Position numbers and translations under genes: made by a program
Assembly: GCF_009914755.1 (NCBI RefSeq)
Contig: NC_060931.1
From: the human T2T-CHM13v2.0 reference genome, Homo sapiens
DNA length: 64,000 bases
Direction: 5' to 3' (one strand)
Notes under the pieces: generated by a model
Databases searched by the model: none
What the model saw: the letters and a program-made list of their open reading frames with translations, nothing else
Told to the model about the DNA's origin: nothing
Part shown: piece after piece, positions 59,222 to 64,000 of the stretch
Layout of the letters: every line of letters starts with the position of its first letter
Position numbering within the stretch: position 1 is the first letter of the stretch

Positions 59222-59893
59222 GCAAGGATGTGGCGATTCCTTTTGCAGTATTGGAGGGAATGCCAAACACTATGTTTGCTGTGGAAAAGAGTATGGTAGT
59301 TCCTCAAAAAATCAAAATGGTATTGCCATATGATCCAGCAGTGCCACATCTCAGGATAGCAAAAGAATTGAAAGCAGAGTCTTGAAAAAATATTTGTACA
59401 CCCATGTTTGCAGCAGCATTATTGACAACAGCTAAAATGTAGAAGCAATTGAAGTGTCCAACAACAGATGAATGGATAAGCAAAATATGATGTATACATA
59501 CAACGGAATATTATTCAGCCTTAAACATGAGGGAAATATTCTGACGTATGTTGCAACTTGGAGGAAACTTGAGGATATTATGCCAAGTGAAATAAGTTAG
59601 TCAGTGAAGGACAAATACAGTATAATTCCATTTGTATAAGGGACTTAAAGTGGACTGAATCATAGAGATAGTACAATGATGGTTGCCAGAAGCTGGGGGG
59701 AGGAAGAAATGGGGAAGTATTGTTTAATGGGTATAGAGTTTCAGTTTCACAAGAGGAAATGAGTTATGGAGATGGATGGTAGGGATGGCTGCACAATGTT
59801 ATGACTATATTTAGTACCACTGAACTGTACACTTAAAATGGTTAACAGAGTACATTTTATGTTATGTGTATTTTACCACAATAAAAAATAAAA
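59222..59893 (+). mobile_element. L1MB (MB3-like) 3' end
   Basis: ccatatgatccagca; tatttgtacacccatgtt; tgaactgtacacttaaaatggtt...ttttaccacaataaaaaa. Confidence 0.88.
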
Positions 59894-61604
59894 TACCTTA
59901 GGAACATTTTCATGAAAGAGTTCACATAAAATTCATTTTAATGCATGTGTTTATGCATAGCTTTCTATTTTTCTCTTTTCTATTTATATTCCAAATTAGA
60001 ATATAACGCTAATCAAGCACAGTGGCTGTGTTTCTTGCTTCCTGTAGTCTGCAGGTAGCATACAAATGTAATAAACTATTTATTAATGTTACATCTATTT
60101 ATTTTCTGCCTTATACCAAGCTTGTAGGGTTATCTTAAATATAACATTTTTATACTTACACCTATGCAATACCCATTAGCATCGCTTCCCTAAATCAGAG
60201 GAAATTGAGCCTCTGTAAGGTGGAGTATCTTAGTAAGATACAGAACTCAGCATTAAAGTCTGTATACTTCAATATCCCGCCCTCTTCTCATTTGTCTTTA
60301 CTGCCTTTTATGTATGTGTTAGATGTTCAATAAATTCTCTTTTTTAAACTGAATTTAAGCTGTGGAGCAGTGTTTTGTTGAACAATAAATATGATATAGG
60401 ACACTATTCCTACCTTTCATTTATGATCCAGTTCATGAAAAAGAGAAATTCTTTCATTGTGCTAGAAGCTTAAAATAATGAAAACGCCACTTTCTACATT
60501 AAACAGAAACTGAAGGGAATCAAGGTGAATTGCATGAGACATAGAAAACAAGTGGGAAAGAAATCTAATATAATTTGCCCTTTGTGTACCTTTATTATTT
60601 AGCATTTGAGTAAATGTTTCCCCCAAATATCTTCCCATCTTAATTCATGTCTATGAAGTAGACATTTATGTCTCACCTTGTCAAGAAGGGCAAACTCTAA
60701 CATAAACATTTCCTAAAAATGCTTCCTGCTAAAACGTAAGCTCAGTCTGGCTAGAAATTAAGCTCCCTTCATAAAGATTAATTGGTAGCTAATCTTTGCA
60801 TGCTGTTCTCTGAACCTGAGTGAAAGCTGTCCATCAGGCATAAGGGGAATTACGGAAAAGGCGACAACAGAAGATGAATGCTATGTCACTAACCTTCAAA
60901 GATGACCTTCCTTTTCTTTTAAATTCTTGATATCTTAAGACTTAATTAATTCATCTCTCTTTGCCCTTGGTTCAACGTTGTGCTATACCAAAACTCGTGT
61001 AAAACAATGATCTAAGGTAATAAAAATGGCATTTTTCTTTCACATAGATGCAAGCTAACTGGCATTTTTACAATCTACATATTTTCTTTGTCAATTTTTC
61101 ATTCTATATTGGAAGTAATTGATAGGTATTTCTGAAGGGAAGAAGGTGTGTCTGTGTTCATTGTGATCCAAACTTTTTTTAGACCTAGCGGTGTTTGTAA
61201 AACAATTTGTGCCAGCTGACCAAGGACCACTGTGGCAGAAAGCAGCAAACTTGCATAAGATGTCACTGCCTCATAAGTTGGCTTTGAAAACTAGGGGCTT
61301 ACTGTATAGTCTTATGAATCAAAAACATTGATAGATGTAGTATAAGATTACAATCATATTTTCCTTTTGACAGTCACATTATAAAGCATGATGTATTGCA
61401 ATTAATCTCAATTAGCTGATCACAATTAAAATTAATAATGTTTATTATTGCTGATAAACAATCATGACTCTCCTGTTCTGAAATGTGCAAGTAATTCTTG
61501 TAATTTTGATACAAATTTGCATATTATTACTAATTAATTTAATCTCATTGGATTTGGTTCATGGATCCAATTTATTAAAATATTGATAATGGGATAATGA
61601 TTTG

Positions 61605-61952
61605 TCTCCTCATTTCATTTACACTAAAAGCCACAGTTCTTACAATGGTCTGCAAGCCCATCATGATCTGCCCCATGTTAACCACCAAAATTCTTTTATA
61701 TCTTCACCCTTGATCTTACCAGTGGCCCTGGCCACCTCACTGTCCTCTGGACATGCCAACATGCTGCCGCCTTATGACCAAGACTCTAGTTAATTTCTTG
61801 GCTTAGAAAGATAGCCCTCCATATATCCATTGATCAGCTCATTCAACTTCCTCAAGTCTTTACTGAAGCTTCACATTCTCAGTGAGACCTATTCGGTATT
61901 TCAAACTGCCTCCCAGCTGCAACACTCCAAAACCCCTTACTCTTCTGTGTGT
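61605..61952 (+). mobile_element. L2 fragment
   Basis: ttcttacaatggtctgcaagccc...atgatctgcccc; cttcctcaagtcttta...tcacattctcagtgagacct. Confidence 0.7.
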
Positions 61953-64000
61953 TTTTGAAAGGATTTATTGAGATATAATTTACATAGTGTAGAGTGCACA
62001 CATTAATGTGTACAAGTCAATGGCTTTCAGTATATGCACAGATAAGTGGAGCCATCATCACAATGAATTTTGTAGCATTTTCATCACTTCAAAAAGAAAC
62101 CCCACCTTCTTTAGCTGTTAACCTCCTATGCGCCCATCCCCTACTCAATCCTAAGCAATCACAAATCTGTTTTCTGTCTCTATAGCTTTTCCTATTCTAT
62201 TTTCATGTAAATAGAATCATATAATAGGTGGCCTTTTGTGCCTGGCTTCTTTCAGTTAGCATAATGCTATCAAGGTTCATATATGTATTGGTACTTTATT
62301 TCTTTATATAACTGTATAACATTCAATTTCATGGATATAACATTTTGTTTATCCAATAATATTTTTATTGACATCTGAGTTGTGTTCAGCCTTTGGCTAT
62401 TTTAAATACTGCTGCTAAAATACTTGTGTATGATTTGTGTTTGAACACCTCTTTCCAATAATCTGGGTGTATGCCTAGGAATAAATTTCTAGGTCATATG
62501 ACAATTCTATGTTTAATATATTTAGAAGCCATCAAACTATTTTCCAAAATGGCAAGTTCTAGCCATTGAGTATCTAACTGTGGTTTTGATTGGTAACTGC
62601 CTGATGAGTAATGCAATTGAGTATCTTTTTATGGGATTATTGACCGTTTGTGTATCTTCTTGGGAAACATATCTATTCCTATCCTTTATCGGTTTTAAGT
62701 TGGGATATTTGTTACTGAGTTAAAACAATTTTTCTATATTCAAGATACATATATATACAGACATATAGATACGTGTTTTTCAAATATCTTCTCACAATTT
62801 TTGAGCTGCCTTTTGACTTGCTTGGTTGTCCTTTGAAACACCAATGTCTTTAATTTTCAAGAAATTTTAAATATCTAATTTTTATTTTGTTGCTCATGTT
62901 TTTGGTGTTATAGCTATTTCTTTGCTAGATCCAAAATCCTGAAGATTTCCCCATATGCTTTATTCTAGTTTTTGCATGTATGTCTTTAATTCATTTGAGT
63001 TAATATTTTTGTATGCTTTGGGGTAAGGGTTTGAATTTATTATTTTGCAAGTGGTGATCCACATGTACGTTGTGGACCCAAAGTTTGTTCAAAGACTGTC
63101 TCTTCCTCATTGAATTGCACATGGCACCACTGTAAGAATCCACTGACTATAGATACATAGTTTTATATATGGACTGTCAATTCTCTTCCATCAATCTATA
63201 TATTTTTCCTTCATCAGTATCATGTTGTCTTGATTATTGATGATTTACAGTAAGGTTTGGAGCACAGGGGTGTGAATTATCCTAACATGTTTTATTTTTT
63301 CAAGATTATTTTGGCTATTTTGAGTCCCTTACAATTCCATATGTACTTTAGAATCAGCTTGTCAGTTTCTAGACAGAAGTCTGTTGGGATACTTGCAGGG
63401 ATTTCATCAAATCTGTAGTTCAAATTGTAAAGTACTACAATATTAAATCTTCCAATTCATGGCTGTAAGATGTTTGCTAATTATTTAGATCTTCTTTAAA
63501 CAATAATTTTTAATTTTCAGAGTAAAATATTGTATTACATTTTCCAAATTAATTATTACTTCATTTTTTGATGCTATTGTAAATTGAAGTATTTTCTTAA
63601 TTTCATTTTGGGGTTTTCATTGTAGATGTGTGCAACTGATTTTTGTATATTTATCTTGTATGTTGTAATATTGCTGAAATAATTTACTAGTTCTATCATT
63701 CAGTGGATTCCTTAAAATTTCTATATACGAGAATATGTTATTTGCAAATAAAGTTTTATTTCTTCCTGTTCAATAAGGGTGACTCTTATTTCTTTACTTG
63801 CTGATTTGCCCTGCATAAAATCTTTATTACAATGTTGACTAGAAGAGGTCAAAGTATATATCCTATTCTTATCTCTGACCATAACAGGAAAGTATCCTTT
63901 CTTTCACCATTAAGTTGAATGTTTGCTGTTGGCTTTTCACAGGTGCCATGTATCTGGTGTAGAAAGTTCTCTTCTATTCATGGCTCAATGAGTTTTTATT
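61953..64000 (-). mobile_element. L1MB7/8-like element (3'UTR and ORF2 C-terminal part), runs off the window
   Basis: tttattgagatataatttacatag...ttttcatcacttcaaaaagaaacccc; ttttggctattttgagtccc...tttagaatcagcttgtc. Confidence 0.88.

Overview
Primate (probably human or great-ape) non-coding genomic DNA. It is AT-rich and dominated by interspersed repeats: 13 Alus (J, S and Y lineages), many old L1M/L1PB and L2 fragments, MIRs, ERV1/ERVL/MaLR solo LTRs, hAT/Tigger MITEs and simple repeats. I can support no protein-coding gene, RNA gene, CpG island or CRISPR array. The supplied ORFs come from Alu, L1, LTR or low-complexity sequence, or are chance ORFs. The stretch at about 12.8-25.3 kb is comparatively repeat-poor and holds motif clusters and exon-like segments. 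From about 25.4 kb onward the sequence resembles, from memory only, the chr5/chr6 GUSBP/SMA-region segmental duplication. The best directly visible oddities are: two neighbouring Alus sharing the same non-consensus 8-bp duplication (likely gene conversion), a young AluY nested in another AluY with both TSDs intact, a palindromic 29-bp AT minisatellite, and a 126-bp minus-strand exon candidate. I found no convincing novel biological system. Repeat subfamily names are from recognition by eye and need RepeatMasker/Dfam confirmation.
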